The notes beneath the pieces were generated by a model. It did no database searches and was not told where the DNA came from. It worked only from the letters and a program-made list of their open reading frames with translations. The translations under genes and the position numbers were made by a program. Positions 62,131 to 64,000 of a stretch of 64,000 nt of DNA are shown piece by piece. How positions within the stretch are numbered: the stretch's first letter is position 1; each line of letters starts with the position of its first letter. Source of the stretch: Camelus ferus (Eukaryota); contig NC_045698.1 of assembly GCF_009834535.1 (NCBI RefSeq), forward strand, positions 5,458,001-5,522,000, written 5' to 3'.

Positions 62131-63600
62131 GCTGTATTTAGTTAAGGCATTAGGCCCTTCTGTAGGTAAAAATTTCCCCCCATTTTTCAAAAAATGCATT
62201 TGCATTAGTGGGATTAGAAGGAAGCAATCCATTGCTATTGATCTTTTGTATAATATTTAACTTTTATACTTAACAATGATTATATGTAACACAACCCTGT
62301 AAATCAACTACACTTCAATAAAAAATAAAAATAAATTAAAAAATAATTATACATACATATATCAAGGTCAGTAAGAGGAAGTTTTCACTGTGTTTTTTTT
62401 CCCGCCATTATTATTACGTGTTTCACTGTGGAATTGCTACTGAGAATAATGTGTCCCGTAGAGGAGGCGGTGTCTAATGTGTTAGGCCACGTCTGACCTG
62501 AAGTTTGGCTTCAGAAGAGGGAGCAGCCTGGGCTCCTACAGTAAATGAAGAGCTTCCTGAGGGGGGAAGCTTTCTGTTGTGTGGGAAGAGGACTTTCATT
62601 TAAAAAAAAAAAAAAAAAGCCCAAAAAGAAGAAAGAAAAAAAGAAAAATTTTACCATTTTCTTAGCATGTTGTATTTTCTTCACTATGATAAAATACAGA
62701 AATTGGAATTCAGTACATCTAGCACATGACCCTCATTCCTTGGCTTTCATTATTTGTCATTAAAAAAAAATGCGCTGTCTTCATCACTTAGCGTCTAACT
62801 CTGCCTCCGCGTGACCGACGGTGAGTGCGAGGTCGCCGGAGGGGGATTTTCCATCTGCGGGAACATACTAGTCAGAAAACGAAGGGGGAGCTGGGTCAGG
62901 AATGCTTTGTTCCCTTTGGCTTGTACCGCGGCCACGTGGGTCTCCAGGCTCCGACGGAGCAACCTGCCAGCCTGAAATGCGAGGAGAAATGGAACCACTC
63001 GGGGTCACGGCCGCGTCCTCCTGAACTCCTGGGTGGCCGGCGGGAGCTCGGACCAGCTCTGGGGACTATTTAAGATGCTTGGCTCCATGGTGACCAGGGA
63101 TCACCACTGCGGTCCATCATCTGACTATGGCAAAGCAGCCTGCCCAGAATCTTACTGCTTTTCTAATCAAATCAAACTGAGAAAATGTATGATGGTGTGT
63201 CTGTATATATTAATTACTTTCTCATTTCTGAACGTTCACCTTTTTTTAACTTCAGTTTTCAGATACATGTAAGAAAAGCTGATGTTCGTTGTAAGTATTA
63301 GAATGTAAGCCAAGGACAAGTGCAATAGTCATTATAAAAGATGTCTCATTTCCTCCAACGATGTAGGACTAAAAAGGCCTGGAGACGTGCGGGTCTTTAT
63401 GGCTTCGAGTTCCACTCTCACAGCTCCTTCCACACTTGCTACAGGTTTCCTGAAAAGGCAGCGGGACTCTCTCCCAGCTGACTGTGCAAGGTGAGACTTA
63501 GCTGCGTAGCGTTTCTTCGGTGGTTAACCGTGAAGTTCGTGATGGACACAGACTGAGGCCTCAAATCTTTTTCTCTGCGGCGAGTCCCAATAGCATTTTG

Positions 63601-63716
63601 GTGGGGGAGGTAATTAAGTTTATTTATTTGTTCTTAGAGGAGGCACCGGGGATCGAACCCAGGACCTCATGCTTGCCAAGCATGCGCTCTACCTCTTGAG
63701 CAATACCCTCCCCTTT
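63601..63716 (-). mobile_element. tRNA-derived SINE (Vic-1-like) with about 15-bp TSD
   Basis: Flanks CCCAATAGCATTTTG and CCCAGTAGCATTTTG; B-box GGTTCGATCCC. Confidence 0.88.
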
Positions 63717-64000
63717 CCCAGTAGCATTTTGAACTGGAGGCTCCAGGTGAACAGCAGTGGGTGGTGCTTAACCACACGTGCACCTCTTGGTCTGTTTCGC
63801 ATGATCTCTGACCGGCAGACTGAATGTGAAAGGGCTTGTCACATTGAGAAAATTATGTTATTTTGAGAAAATTATTAAATCTTTATCAATATTGGCAACT
63901 GGGTCGATAGGTTAACCTCAGTGAACAGGAATTTTGACAATGGTCCATGAGATGAGTTCACACATGTGAAGTCCTTAGAGCTAGGCCTGGTCCTGATATA

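Overview
Mammalian genomic DNA, most likely camelid (inferred from seven copies of a short tRNA-derived SINE resembling camelid Vic-1), syntenic with the human CFAP90(C5orf49)-FASTKD3-MTRR locus. It contains: (i) coding exon 1 and the CpG-island promoter of CFAP90 on the minus strand, with later exons not found and presumably left of the window; (ii) the complete FASTKD3 gene on the minus strand (6 coding exons, 1992 nt, 663 aa); (iii) the complete MTRR gene on the plus strand (14 coding exons, 2088 nt, 695 aa), sharing a compact bidirectional CpG-island promoter with FASTKD3. I traced both CDSs by hand: GT-AG boundaries and exon phases are consistent. The rest is ordinary interspersed repeat (MaLR and ERV1 LTRs, L1, L2, MIR, hAT fossils, SINEs); family names are by eye. 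I found no evidence of a wholly new biological system. The most notable observations are a TGG-TGA-TAA end that removes the usual C-terminal Ser of MTRR, a GPGTG>GPGAG change in the MTRR NADPH motif, minimal uORFs next to both start codons, and RFX X-boxes upstream of the ciliary gene, one inside an LTR.
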